Assembly: GCA_951406725.2 (NCBI GenBank)
Contig: OX597837.1
Coordinates: 43,400,001-43,464,000, forward strand
Length of the DNA stretch: 64,000 bases
Origin: Octopus vulgaris
Taxonomy: Eukaryota
Direction: 5' to 3'
Positions 43,672 through 58,712 of the stretch are shown piece after piece. Each line of letters starts with the position of its first letter. Positions within the stretch are counted from its first letter, which is position 1. The translations under genes and the position numbers were made by a program. Under the pieces are notes generated by a model, which saw only the letters and a program-made list of their open reading frames with translations, was not told the origin of the DNA and ran no database searches.

Positions 43672-43759
43672 CTAAATATTGCAAATGCCATAGATGTACA
43701 CATACACATTGCCTCACAAACACTGAAACACAAATATATGTATGTAACTGTGTGAGTGC

Positions 43760-43873
<114 letters not shown>

Positions 43874-43890
43874 ATATATGTATATATATG

Positions 43891-43957
<67 letters not shown>

Positions 43958-43975
43958 GTATACATGTATATATAT

Positions 43976-44036
<61 letters not shown>

Positions 44037-44404
44037 GTATATATATATATACACTCATATATATATATATCTATGTATGGGAGCACTTACATAAATTTAC
44101 ATTCAAACAACGCGTTATATTTAATTATAACCGAATTCAGGTTATTTCCTGATTAAATTTCACAAATTTAAAGTATAAAACTTTTGCAGGTCTTCTGCCA
44201 TCAGATGCAACAGCGGAATCCGTAGATCAATATTGAACATTTTAAGTGCAAATAATCGTTTACCCTTTATAATTAGTAGCGACATGATTAGTTTCCATTC
44301 ACTGTTTCACACCGAACGCAGCGATTGGTTCCTGTGAGGGAAGTCGTGGTGATAAACAAAATTAACTTTCAACTGATTGGAAATGAATTGGCGTATAGAT
44401 TCTC

Positions 44405-44407
<3 letters not shown>

Positions 44408-44464
<57 letters not shown>

Positions 44465-44475
44465 CATCATCATCA

Positions 44476-44530
<55 letters not shown>

Positions 44531-44538
44531 CATCATCA

Positions 44539-44593
<55 letters not shown>

Positions 44594-44620
44594 CATCAAC
44601 ATTATTATTATTATCATCAA

Positions 44621-44677
<57 letters not shown>

Positions 44678-44698
44678 CATCATCATCATCATCATCAT
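44408..44698. repeat. (ATT/ATC)n microsatellite
   Basis: Directly visible. Confidence 0.95.
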
Positions 44699-45054
44699 TT
44701 GTTGTTATTATGGGTTAAATATATAAACACGAAGCAATCAAACTTTGTGCCTCTTATTTATACATCCTAATTTTTCCAAAATCTACTGCGCAGCCGCAGC
44801 CCTTCGCCGGCAATAAAGAAATGCCAACTTTTAAAACCGAAAATTATCCAAAAACTAACAATACTTAATCATTTGTGGTTATGGAACCTAGGTGTTCTTT
44901 CTAGCGTGTTGAATCCCACAAGTGGATTCCTCGTGTGTTTAAATGTACCCTGTATATTATGAGTAATACATAGTCTTTGGACTAAATTTTTACACGTTAG
45001 GCCATTGGAAATGGAAATTTTAATTAATTTCTATTTCCCTTTGATATGATTAAG

Positions 45055-45102
<48 letters not shown>

Positions 45103-45150
45103 AAACAAGTAAAAATAGAAAATGCTAAAATAATTTTATAGTGAACATTT

Positions 45151-45188
45151 CAGTACCGGTTTCGGTCATTTTGAGACCTTTTCAACTG
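45151..45188 (-). ncRNA. Minimal type-I hammerhead motif, U3-A8 compensatory variant
   Basis: Minus: CAG-TTGAAAA-GGTC-TCAAAAT-GACC-GAAAC-CG-GTA-CTG; stem I CAG/CTG, stem II GGTC/GACC, palindromic ACCGGT stem III; inside a ~230-bp segment between (TA)n tracts. Confidence 0.68.
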
Positions 45189-45325
45189 TAACGATTAAAT
45201 AATTAAATTTAGAAAAATTAGAAGAAAAGTTTTTTTAAAACAATATTTCTATAGTAGTGTTCAGATTTAAGTGGCATTCTGCCTTTCTCTGACTCCCTTG
45301 TTTGCACTTGTGTGTTCGAGGTAGT

Positions 45326-45438
<113 letters not shown>

Positions 45439-45555
45439 GTTTAAGGATCAAAATACATATCTTCCGGTGCTTGTAAAAGTTTCACGTGCATGAAAATCAA
45501 AACACGTTCTTCAGACACAGACCACGCTTCGTGCTGTATGTATATGTATACATAC

Positions 45556-45622
<67 letters not shown>

Positions 45623-46402
45623 GCGCCCTTTTCAAGCCTAGCCAGGTTCATGGGCGTATATGTTTCCCCCAGCTGGAAGATATACATATATATATAACGC
45701 TCCTGCTTTTCTTCCACACTCTACGTAGCTTTTATTAACTTGTTGCCTGCCACCAAGCCGACTATCTTCACTTATCTTGCACTTCTTATGCTAACTCTGT
45801 ATATCTTTTAAATATCTTGTCTCCTTTTCTCTCTATACGATATAAAGCTTGACTAGACATATCAACCAACCAACCAACCAATGAACGTCTATATCGGTTA
45901 TTATACCTTGGTGCCATTATACTGCGCCGGTGTCAACCAGATGTTACACCGGGTTCTGCCAATGTGTCTATTGTAGAACGAAATTAAGTGGAAAATAATT
46001 TTATTTAATGTGGAACGTCTACAAAGAAAAGCCATTTAATTAATTGTTTCCAATAATTCTCGCCCCACCCCTCCACACGCTGATGACTTTGTGAGGGAAA
46101 AAGACTTTAATTAATTTACGAAGAAAATATTTCTTTCTTCATTCGTAAACAAAATGGCCTCTTGAAGCAGAAAAGCGGACCCTCCAATGAAATTGGACCG
46201 GAACTAACAAGTTTTCACGGACATTAAACAAGCAAAAAGAAACAAAAAATAATAATAATGGAAGAAAGAAAGGAAATAAAACAAAATGAACAAAACTATA
46301 TCACAAATAAGTACAGACGTTTCGAGAAAAATAATTGAGACGTTTCTGTAGACACCAATAGGTGGCGGACATTATTAACCATCGTACAAAATGGCGAACA
46401 TT

Positions 46403-46590
46403 AAGGCGGTGAACTGGCAGAATGGTTAGCACGGTGGCCAAAACGCTAAGTGGCTTTTCTTCTGGTTATGTGGACCGAGTTCAAATCCCGCCGAAGTTGA
46501 CTTTGCATTTTATCGTTTCCAGGTCGATAACATATGTGCCAATCAAGTATAGTGTCAATAAAACAGACTTGTTCTTCCCCTCAAATTTTA
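46403..46590 (+). mobile_element. Old SINE family B-related copy
   Basis: AAGGCGGTGAACTGGCAGAA...GAGTTCAAATCCCGCCGAAGTTGACTTTGC. Confidence 0.7.
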
Positions 46591-46611
46591 AGACTTTTCA
46601 CAATCATAATG

Positions 46612-46720
<109 letters not shown>

Positions 46721-46774
46721 TGATGATGATGATGATAATAATAATAATGATGATAATGATAACAATAATAATAA

Positions 46775-47168
46775 TTTCTACTGAAGGCAGAAGGCCTAAA
46801 ATTTTGGAGGAGAGTACTAGTCGATTATATTAACCCAAGTGTTTCACTGGTACTTCATTTATCGACCCCGAAAGGATGAACAGGAAAGTAGACTGCGGCA
46901 GAATTTGAACTCAGAACGTAGTGATGGGTGAAATACCTATTTCTTTACTACCCACAAAGGGCTAAACACAGAGAGGACAATCAAGGACAGACAAACGGAT
47001 TATGTCGATTATATCGACCCCAGTGCGTAACTGGCACTTATTTAATCGACCCCGAAAGGATGAAAGGCAAAGTCGACCTCGGCGGAATTTGAACTCAGAA
47101 CGTAGCGGCAGGCGAACTATCACTAAGCATTTCGTCCGGTGTGTTAACGATTCTGCCAGCTCGCCGCC
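46775..47168 (-). mobile_element. SINE family B unit followed by a diverged second body
   Basis: Full unit 46937-47168; junction GAAATAC|CTATTTCTTT; second body 46775-46936 has an older-type tail. Confidence 0.85.
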
Positions 47169-47505
47169 TACCATTAATAAAACTAATAATGGTTTCAAAT
47201 TTTGGAACAAAGCCTGACAGTTCGAGCGAGGAGCAAGTCGGTTACATCGACCCTAGTGCTCATGTGGTATTTATTTTATCGACTCCAAAAGGGATGAAAG
47301 GCTTTATCACTCTTGAAAGAGAAACCCCTCCCCGAACTCCTATCACGGCTGTCTGTCTCTGACCACAACTATGACAAATAGGTAAATATTTTTTCAGAAA
47401 ATGGTAATGTCCTAATGTTCATGTGTGAACTTGGAAGCTAACGGATGAGCACCTACTCAGAGTACCTATTCGTTTAAATCACAAAAGAACTAAACCCCTC
47501 ATATT

Positions 47506-47571
<66 letters not shown>

Positions 47572-47581
47572 GTGTGTGTGT

Positions 47582-47636
<55 letters not shown>

Positions 47637-47810
47637 ACAGAAATATAAGAAATATTAGCGAAACGGGAACAGAAACTTGCCAACACCGCAATATCCAAAT
47701 ACAGGGAACTATAGGAGAAAAACAATTTAAAAAAAAGAACAAAACAAAAAACAAGGAAGACGTAATCAAAAATACAACCTGTGACTATGCTAAAGACAAA
47801 TACATGATAC

Positions 47811-47900
47811 CTGTCTGCTAGAGATACACATGTGGGGAGTTGAACTCGAGGGTCCAATCTGGATTCTGGGTTGACGTTGTTTCATATTCTTTGTAATATC
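47811..47900 (-). other. Candidate 90-bp internal exon of an unidentified host gene
   Basis: Minus: polypyrimidine acceptor CTTTCACTCTTTTCCCAAG, donor CAG|GTATCA, phase-0 frame open (DITKNMKQRQPRIQIGPSSSTPHMCISSRQ); no homology recognised. Confidence 0.3.
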
Positions 47901-48091
47901 CTTGGGAAAAGAGTGAAAGTCGTATTGTGTCAGTTGTTCTATAAATACTAGAAACACATAAACTTTAACAAGAAATCAATAGAACGAAACGTCATAGATA
48001 TGTGTGTGTATATGTGTGTGTATACATATACATACATGTATATATACATGTACAAGTATATATATATATATATATATACATACATATACAT

Positions 48092-48459
<368 letters not shown>

Positions 48460-48567
48460 GTAGAGAGAGAGAGTCATTATAAATTCTATAAGGTATGGTA
48501 TTGTATAATGCTGTACCATCCTCGATCTTTTGTAAACTTTTAGTGGTTAATGAAGAAAAATGACCAA

Positions 48568-48617
<50 letters not shown>

Positions 48618-49216
48618 AAACTACTACTTTCTTACTCATGTTACAGTTATTACCACTCTATTGTTTTCAGCAGAGCAGCTGCACCCTCGTCAATAAAAAT
48701 TCAGTCGATTGATCGAAGTCCATAAACCTACAGACACCGTAGCATCACACCAGCGGTTCACACACCAACTTTTATCCTCCACCCACCATTCCTTGTTTGT
48801 CAAACAAAAATCAGAATGGCCGCAACCACCTTTCCTTCTGTCCATTCTTTCTAGCCTGTGCAACCAATCTCCACTTCTTTTGTTTTCTTCGTCATCTCGT
48901 ACATTCACGAAAATTAAAAGAAAAACAACGACGAGTGAAGAAAATTTAAAAAAACAGCAACACCCGCAACAACAACAACAAAAACAACACCACCAACAAC
49001 AATACCAACCAGAACAACAGCAATGGCTATTGAAACGGCTGTTGGCAAAGACTGTTTAGTAGTTGGTGTCTAACGATTTGTACTAATGAAATATGACCAA
49101 AAAAATTTTTTTATCCTACCAACGAAATTAGTGATAGAGTTTACATACATACTTACACACATACTTACACACATGCAGGCATATAATGGATATGAATATA
49201 TATATTCGTACACACG

Positions 49217-49258
<42 letters not shown>

Positions 49259-49404
49259 CATATATATCACTATCCATGTTTGAATATGGAAATATATATA
49301 GATACATACACACACACACGCGCATACATATATACATATATATATACATATATATAAATGTATATATGTACATGTATATATACATATAAGCACATATACT
49401 ATAC

Positions 49405-49435
<31 letters not shown>

Positions 49436-49541
49436 TATATATATATACAAATGCATATATATATATATACATACATACACATATATACTTATATATATGT
49501 ACATATATATATATACTTATACTCGTACACACACAGGCGCA

Positions 49542-49581
<40 letters not shown>

Positions 49582-50330
49582 CATTGAGTTGTTTATCCGT
49601 TGTTTATCAGGTACAATACAGCTCGTTGTATTGATGCAGTTATCGGAGTATATTATGGCAGGATAAAACAAGCCTTTTAAAAGATAGAAAGAAAACCAAT
49701 TATTTTTTTTTTATGTTACTATTATCATTGTCTTCCTCTCCTTCCTCCTCACCCTTCCCCCATTTTTCTCTTCTTCGTTTTGCTGTTGTTGTTCTTGTTG
49801 TTGTTGCTGTATTTTACACAATATCATTACAAACAAATATAATTGACGTGTTTTGCTGTTCGAAAAATAGATTGTAAACAATAACGACACACATAACAAA
49901 TATGTACTCATAAATGGTGCATGTATGTACGTATGTATGTATGTATGTATGTATGTATGTATGTATGTATGTATGTATGTATGTATGTATGTATGTATGT
50001 ATGTATGTATGTATGCATGTATGTATGTATGTATGCATGCATGTATGTGTATATATATATATATATATGTAGGTATGTATGTATATATATATGTATGTAT
50101 ATATATATGTATGTATGTATGTGTATACATATATTTTTATACATATATATATGTATGTAGGTATGTATGTATGTATGCATGTATATATATATATACTTAT
50201 GTATATATACATGCACACACATGGATATATTTGGATATATATGTAGATATGTAGATCTGTATATGAAGATATATATATATATATATGTATGTGTTCGTGT
50301 ATGTATACATATATATATATTTCTCCACAC

Positions 50331-50379
<49 letters not shown>

Positions 50380-50472
50380 ATGCATATATGTATCCGTATA
50401 TGTATATACATATATATATATATATGTATCCGTATATATATATATATATATATATAATGCATATATGTATCC

Positions 50473-50514
<42 letters not shown>

Positions 50515-50701
50515 GAAATATTAAAATTACTAAGTCCCTTAGACATATTTATTCATTTATATATCTATAACGTATCTATGCACATATCTGTATAGATAAA
50601 TATTTAAGTATTTATACTCATACATATAGACACACATTTATGTAATGTATTAATATATGTAAACACACATAAACACATACATACATACATACATACATAC
50701 A

Positions 50702-50735
<34 letters not shown>

Positions 50736-51320
50736 CATACATATATGTGTGTATATGTATTTATATATGAATATGTGTTAGTTAATGGGTATCTTAAAGC
50801 ATATAGAATACGTTTAACACGTATAAAGTTTAGAGAAACACGGCCACAAGTTTCGTGGTATATATTGACACCATCATGTGCTCGAAGAGGATATGAGTTA
50901 TGTCTCTCTTTGAATGTGTGTATGTGGACATGTGGGTAGATTCGTATATATTTATGCGTATATTTATGTGTTTGCATTTACGAATATAGAATTCTAGATT
51001 TGTGTATAAGCGTGTATTTGTACGTATGTATATACGTATGTGTTTGTGTATGTGCTGGTTGTCTCACGTGTTGGTGTGTACGTGTGTTTTTGTGTGTATG
51101 TTTCCAAGGTGAAAATACTCATTTATTTCTAAATTAATTGTTTCTATAACAGCTACCTATGAAGTATGTCGAAGCCAGCATAGGCACGCGAAAAACGCAC
51201 TCACACGACGAGGTATAAAAGCACCCTCCCATACATGTCTCCCACATGAGCGCGCGCACACATGTACACATGTATATACATTGTGATTTGTCATGCACTG
51301 CGTTAGTAGCTAGAAGTGGG

Positions 51321-51358
<38 letters not shown>

Positions 51359-51557
51359 TATTTAAAGATACGTACTCATGCGTACGTACATTTAAGTATA
51401 AATGTGCAATTGATCAGAAAATTTGTTTCATATACATTTTCACGTACAAATACGCATAAATACTCATATATATATAATACAAATTGCACATATTTGAATA
51501 CTAACAAACACACCCAAACGTACACATACGTGTGTGGGCGTAGAAAGTATATCTATC

Positions 51558-51591
<34 letters not shown>

Positions 51592-51648
51592 GGTATATCT
51601 ATATATATATGCACATATATATATTGGTATATATATATATATATATAG

Positions 51649-51683
<35 letters not shown>

Positions 51684-52060
51684 TACATATATTCGTATAT
51701 GTATATACACACACACACACATATATATATGTATATATATATATATATTTACACATATATACATATATATGCATATGTACATACATATATACATATATAT
51801 GTATTTACATGTAAGTATACATATATATGTATATATACATATATAGATATATGTATATACATATATATATACACATACAAATACATATATATATGCATAC
51901 ATATTCCTACATATACATATATACATACATATATATGTATATAAATACATACATAAATATATATATATGCATATACATACATACATATATATAAACATGC
52001 ATACATACATACAGATGTATACATATATATATGTTTATACATACATATATACACATACAT

Positions 52061-52095
<35 letters not shown>

Positions 52096-52108
52096 CATAC
52101 ATACATAT

Positions 52109-52149
<41 letters not shown>

Positions 52150-52673
52150 CAACATGTGTTCCAAAGTGAGTGACAAGCAAAGGGGGAAATACAATACAAA
52201 CTAATATAGTTGAAATAAAGACATCCAAATATAATGAAACTGTTGTTTAGTACAGTTCCTATGATGTCGATTCAGTACATTTAGTGTTATCATCCAGCCC
52301 GTTAGTTATTGTTATCCAATTAAATGTGATTTGATACATATTCATATCATCATATTGTTCTTCTGATTAAACAATATCTGTTTGACAATATATTTTCAAC
52401 TAAGATTCAGCATTCATACGTAGGTTTATGGTAACGGAGTTCGTTTCGTTCACCGTTGATCGAAGTTGCCTTGCGCAAGTGTTTTTCCAATGATGGCCCC
52501 TTCCTTGTGAAGTGGAATACGATAAATAAAACTGCTCAGAATCTCTATGTACTTGTTTGACTGTCTGTCTGGCTGGCTGGCTGTCTGGCTGTTTCTATAT
52601 ATACATACACACATATATATATATACATATGCATAAGTACGTATGTTTATATATAAATGTATGGTTATATGTT

Positions 52674-52730
<57 letters not shown>

Positions 52731-53077
52731 ATATGTATGTATGGATATATATATATATATGTCTATATATATATAGACACATACACATCTATATATACAT
52801 ATATATACCCATATATATATATATACATATATATACATATATTCATATACTCATATATATTTATATATATATGAATATACATATATATACTCATACACAA
52901 TAGAAACACACTCACACACACACATATATATATATATATACACGGGTGTGTATGGTTGTGTATAGAAGAATATATTTCATAAAGAAATTCCAACTTAGAT
53001 TTTCACGTTTTATTTACAATCTTGTAATAATGATATAATATAATGAAATGATAGAATATTGAAAGTCCATTCTGATG

Positions 53078-53120
53078 GAACTAGTACTTTCATGCATTAA
53101 ACTATGCAATCTTCAGGTTC
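53078..53120 (-). ncRNA. Minimal type-I hammerhead ribozyme motif with canonical core boxes
   Basis: Minus: GAAC-CTGAAGA-T-TGCAT-AGTTTA-ATGCA-T-GAAA-GTAC-TA-GTTC; stem I GAAC/GTTC, 5-bp stem II, palindromic AGTACT stem III. Confidence 0.7.
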
Positions 53121-53677
53121 ATATAGTAGTCGTGACAGTTATGTTTTACAATTTACAACTGCAGTGGGACGGCTAACCTCGGGTGATTAGGTGGAGTGAT
53201 AATATGCTTAATGGCATGCATTTTACACTCTGGACCAAGTTTTTATGGGGGCGGCAGTTTTTGGCGTGGCAGAATGACAAATTCAAGGTCTGTTCTGTGT
53301 TGCACACACTCTAGTCCCGTGACTGAACTGAGCACTCGTTTCGCAGTGTTGTTTAAACGAAACTCAGCTCCGACTGAGTAGACAATAAGATCAATGATAT
53401 TCCAGTCACAACTATTTCCCCTTTATTTTCAGACAAACTAGATCTAAGGGCCCCAATGATTTTCTGTTAAATCGAACAAGCTATAATTGTTAGGAGCGGA
53501 GATTAGATGCTATTACTAGCAAGATGAGTAATCACATAAGGGTTTCAACAATGAATTGTGGTTAAAAGAAGATATTAAGTTAACTTAAATTAGAATAAGC
53601 TAAGAGAAATACATCAAATGTGGGTTACTTTACTTCTAGTCCTTGATAGCATGTTTTCTCCCCTGTAATTTACTCAT

Positions 53678-54090
53678 AGGCATAGGCGTGGCTTTGAGGT
53701 AAATTTACTTCCTTAACCAGATACTCCGGGGTTCAGTACCACTACGTGGCACCTTGGGAATCTGTTTTATATTATAGCCTCGGTCCGACCAAAGCCTTGT
53801 GAGTGAATTTGGTAGACGAAACTGAAAGAAACCTGTAGTGTATACATATGTGTGTGAATGTGTGTGTGTGGATGTGTGTGTCAATGATTGTCCCCCACCA
53901 GAGTTTGACAACCGGTGTTGGTGTTTTTATGCCCCCGCCCCCAGTATATTTGAGGTTCAGGAAGAGGGACCGATGCAATAAGTACCAGGTTTGAATAAGC
54001 TCTGCGGTCGATTCATTCACCAAAAAAATTCTTCAAACCAGTGCCCCAGCATGACCGCAGTTTAATAACTGAAATGAGTAAAAAATAAAG
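53678..54090 (+). mobile_element. SINE family C, diverged full length
   Basis: GGGTTCAGTACCACTACGTGGCACCTTGGG...CCAAAGCCTTGTGAGTGAATTTGGTAGACG...GTGCCCCAGCATGACCGCAG. Confidence 0.8.
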
Positions 54091-54640
54091 GATATTACAA
54101 ACGCAAAATATCCTAACGTTTGTGATAATTCCATTTGACCTATTGTAATACATATATCTTCCTACTACAGAATATTTTGAACTTTGTCCCATATATCTTA
54201 ATACATCATTATCTGATAAATTTATTATTATATATAAAATAGTTACCGATGAAAAGAAAGGTGAATTTAAGTAGTGTGAAGGTATTGTATTGTATCGCAT
54301 TGCATTGCATTGTGCTGTGTCGGGAAAATGAGATATTACTTGTCAACTATAGCTTGCAATAGATGTTAGGCAATGCATTTATAATGTAATAGTGAGACGG
54401 AAATTAATTAAAATTCATATGCATTTATTAGCTGTCTATATGTAACTATATTTCACTCATTTTTTCTCTCTCTGTTTCTCTCTCTATATATATATGTATA
54501 TGTGTGTGTGTGTGTGGTGTGCGGTGTGTGTGTGTGTGCTTGTATGTGTGTGTATGCTTGTATGTGTGTGTGCTTGTATATGTGTAGTACAATATAGATA
54601 TACATATATCATTGTATATATGTCTCTCTCTATGTATATG

Positions 54641-54697
<57 letters not shown>

Positions 54698-54699
54698 AC

Positions 54700-54749
<50 letters not shown>

Positions 54750-54750
54750 G

Positions 54751-54840
<90 letters not shown>

Positions 54841-55024
54841 ATTCAGTAGTCTCCATACATAGGAAAATTTATTATTTTTTTATAAGAAACAGTTTATAAG
54901 AACAGTTTTTTTTTATGTAACAGGCTCTGTAGGGTTACCATTGTTTTGAATACACATTGCAAAACATTTACGCCGCTCTTTTGTTTTTAGCTTGTTTTTG
55001 TTTTTATTATCAGATACCCAAAAG

Positions 55025-56289
55025 ATGCCATTGACAAAAGAACAACGAATTGAGATCTTACAGATGGCCATGTCCGGAAGTAGTCGCAAGATTGCAGCAG
55101 AATTTAATAGAAAACATGGAACGAACGTAACACACGATACCGTTGTAAAGCTTATGATAAAGTTTAAAAAGCTGGGTCTGCTGTAGATCAAAGAAGAAGT
55201 GGTAGACCACGTACAAAAGCCGATGAAAACACAACAGTTAGAGTTCTCGCATCAATAACATGGTGACCCCGTAGAAGTACACGAAGATTGGCTGCTGACA
55301 TTGGGCTCAGTCAACCGAGCATCACGCGCATTTTAAAATCAAATAAGTGGAATCCATATGAGGGAAGATGACCCAGATAGACGACTGGAATTTTCTGGAT
55401 GAACATCAAGCAAACTGAATGGTGACACAAACTTTTCAACTAAGATCTTGTTTACTGACGAAGCTAACCCTTATGTCAATGGAGATGTTAATAGCCAAAA
55501 CATGCGTTATTGGAGCAATTTATAACCCTCACTGAATGAGTGCAATGGAGATGCATGGTGCTGGTAAAGTGATGGTTTGGATGACAAAATCATTGGCGCA
55601 ATTTAAAAAAAAAATTTTTCACTACCCACATAGGAAAAAACACAGAGAGGACAAACAAGGACAGACAAAAGGAGTAAGTCGATTACATCGACTCCAGTGC
55701 ATAACTGGTACTTAATTTATCGACCCCGAAAGGATGAAAGGCAAAGTCGACCTCGGCGGAATTTGAACTCAGAACTCAGACGAAATACGGCTACGCATTT
55801 CGCCCGGCGTGCTAACGTTTCTGCCAACTCGCCGCCACCCTTTGGCGCGATTTTTGTTAATGGAAATCTTAATGCCGAAAAGTATGGCAACATGTGGCAA
55901 GAAGAAATTTTCCCATCACTGCTAAACGAGGACGAAACCTTTCCGGTTTACTTCCAGCAAGATGGAGCCCCCACCTCATTATGCTATTCAAGTGCGTCGG
56001 TCGTTGCATCACACATTTATTTCCAGATGCCTGGATTGGTAGGCGTGTTCCAATTGTGTGTCCTCCTAGATCCCTTGATCTGACCCCTCTTGATTTCTAT
56101 CTTTGGGGGCATTTGAAAGGCATGGTGTATCGCGGAAAGATAAAAGACATAAATCATTTGAAGGAACGCATCACCAACTCCTTTGCGCATGTATCACCAG
56201 ATGTGCTGTTGCGAGTTCACAATGAGTTGGGTAAACGTATTGCTATCTGCATTCAAAACAATGGTAACCATATAGAGCCTGTGAAATGA
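55025..56289 (+). pseudogene. Tc1/mariner transposase pseudogene
   Basis: MPLTKEQRIEI...RSGRPR...STRRLA...FTDEA...FQQDGAP...WIGRR...PPRSLDLTPLDFYLWGHLK...CIQNNGNHIE; frameshifts, stops and a SINE insertion; ~41 residues between the 2nd and 3rd Asp after frameshift correction. Confidence 0.9.
55605..55840 (-). mobile_element. SINE family B inserted in the transposase
   Basis: TSD TTGGCGC(A/G)ATTT at 55593-55604 and 55842-55853. Confidence 0.88.
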
Positions 56290-56359
56290 AAAAAACTTCC
56301 TATAAACTGTTTCTTATAAAAAACATAAATTGTTCTGTATATGGCGACTTTTGAATCAA

Positions 56360-56474
<115 letters not shown>

Positions 56475-56479
56475 TTATG

Positions 56480-56486
56480 TGTGTGC

Positions 56487-56521
<35 letters not shown>

Positions 56522-56700
56522 TCCCCCCCCCCCCAGTCATCCCTTGACAAACGATGCTGGTGTGTTTATGTCCCTACAATTTAGCAGTTCGCCAAAGATG
56601 CCGATAAAACAACTATTAAGCTTAGAAAGAATAAGTTCTAGAGTCAATTTCTTCAGCATAGCCGCAGTCAAATGACTGAAAAGAAGAATAAAAGAATAAA
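56480..56700 (+). mobile_element. SINE family C, 3' half
   Basis: CTTGACAAACGATGCTGGTGTGTTTATGTCCC...GCCGCAGTCAAATGACTGAAA...TAAAAGAATAAA. Confidence 0.75.
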
Positions 56701-56866
56701 ATTAATATGTGTTTCTAAGACAACTCAACGCTTCTAAAGCAAACTTCGCTTGTTTGTTTACATTCATCGTAATTTGAATTTAATATATATATATATATAT
56801 ATAAACAATTGCAGCGTGGAAGGTGTTTATAAGCCATTTAAGTGACAAAAATCCGTGCTGCATCTC

Positions 56867-56915
<49 letters not shown>

Positions 56916-57065
56916 TGTATGTATGTATGTATGTATGTATTATACACACATGTATACAAATAGAAGGTTGAGGGAGGGGCTCACATTATCTGACCAGTCT
57001 TTGTTGTAGATTACCTCTGCAAACTGCTTTCAGACTGAAATTTTATGCCTTCGTTGAATATCCTG

Positions 57066-57262
57066 TCTACTATAGGCACAAGGCCAGGAATTTTGAGGCG
57101 GAGTTAACTCGATTACTTCGACTGGAACTTATTTCTTTTGGTTCCGAAAAGACAAAAGACAAAGTGGACTTCGGCGGAATTTGAACTCAGAATGTAAAGG
57201 CGAAAGAAATACCGCTAAGCATTTTGCCTGGAGTGTTAACAGTTCTGCCAACTCGACCCCTT
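57066..57262 (-). mobile_element. Old SINE family B-related copy
   Basis: TCGGCGGAATTTGAACTCAGAA...GAAATACCGCTAAGCATTT...TTCTGCCAACTCG. Confidence 0.7.
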
Positions 57263-58453
57263 TATGTCTTCATAATGGTACCCAAGTTTCAGCAGGTTCA
57301 TTGGAATCAAAAGACAGCCCTTAACATAAAACCCCCAGAAAAGTTCCCTATAACTGGTTTCTGCACAGTTTCCTTTCTGTGAAGTTCCATTTGCAAGGCT
57401 TCAAACAATCGGAGGCTAAGGAAGATCTACACCTGCCCAAATTACCGTGCAGTAGTATCGAACTCGAAACAACGTGGTTACGAAGTGAACTTCTTAACAA
57501 CAGAACCATGCAACACCATTTTTTTAAAAAATACAGAAAAACAATAATTTAATTTAGATGCCACCACCGATGATTGATAAATAAATATCCAAGAAGATGC
57601 TTGCGTTTATCACAAGATGTTAGGACACTTTCTTAAACTTTCTTCGTTTTTTTTATATTACTACTAATTTTATCGTAGTTGATAGCCAGCGATTTTATCG
57701 TGGTTGATAGCTACTAATGTTTTTAGAAGTGGAACGTTAAAAGATAGTTTATCTCATTTTATTTCTAGAAACAAAGAAATACAAAAATCATTCGATTTCT
57801 TTGTTATAAAAAGAGAGAAATAAAAGAAAAGAGAGAGAGATAAGGACAGTGTTAGTAATTAATTATTTTAGTTCATTTACTGAAAGTAATAAAGCTATTA
57901 TGATAAAGCAATTTTTTCCTTCTTTTTTTTTTTCTTCTTAAAGGTCTCATCGCTGATGTCCAATATTCGAAAATGGACAAAAAATAAATAGAAATGAAAA
58001 ATAAATATAAAAGTAGGATTAAAAAACAGAGAGTAATAAAAAAAAACTTAAAAAATAAAAAATTAACAATATGATAATGATAGTATTAGGGCAGAGGATA
58101 GAGAGATAACAATATAAAAAAATAATAATAAAAAAATAATACTATAAAATAATGAAAAAAAATAACTGGAAATTTTCCCTGCGTTTGGCAGTTTGATGTT
58201 GATTTAATGACATAAGGGGAGAATGAATAAGGTTAAATTAGACATTCATCACCGCCATTTAATTTTTGCTGTTTCCCCTTTCCTACCGCCATGTTTAGCA
58301 AGATGGCAGAAATAGATTTGGAGATGTCTTCTATTAAAAGCCTTGTTTATAGCACAATTATTCTTTACAAGAATCTGACAAAAATATATTGGCCGTGACT
58401 TTGATATTAATTTGCTCCAACATTTAAAGAAAAAAAAAAAGAAATTTCAAATT

Positions 58454-58620
58454 AGGCGTGGATGTGTGGTAAGAAGTTTGCTTCGCAACCACATGGTTCC
58501 GAGTTCAGTTCCACTGCGTGGCGCCTTCGCGTAAAATTATTCTACTATAGCCCCCAACTCGACAAAAGCCCTGTGAATGGAATCGGTAGAAGGAAACTGA
58601 AAGAAGCCGTTGTCGTGTAT
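58454..58620 (+). mobile_element. SINE family C, 5' part
   Basis: GGCGTGGATGTGTGGTAAGAAGTTTGCTTCGCAACCACATGGTTCCGAGTTCAGTTCCACTGCGTGGC...GGAAACTGAAAGAAGCC. Confidence 0.8.
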
Positions 58621-58645
58621 GTATGTATATATATACACACACACA

Positions 58646-58712
<67 letters not shown>

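Noticed and set aside
46080-46115. Plus-strand CTGATGA...GAAA hammerhead candidate
   Set aside because: No stem I pairing and a weak stem II
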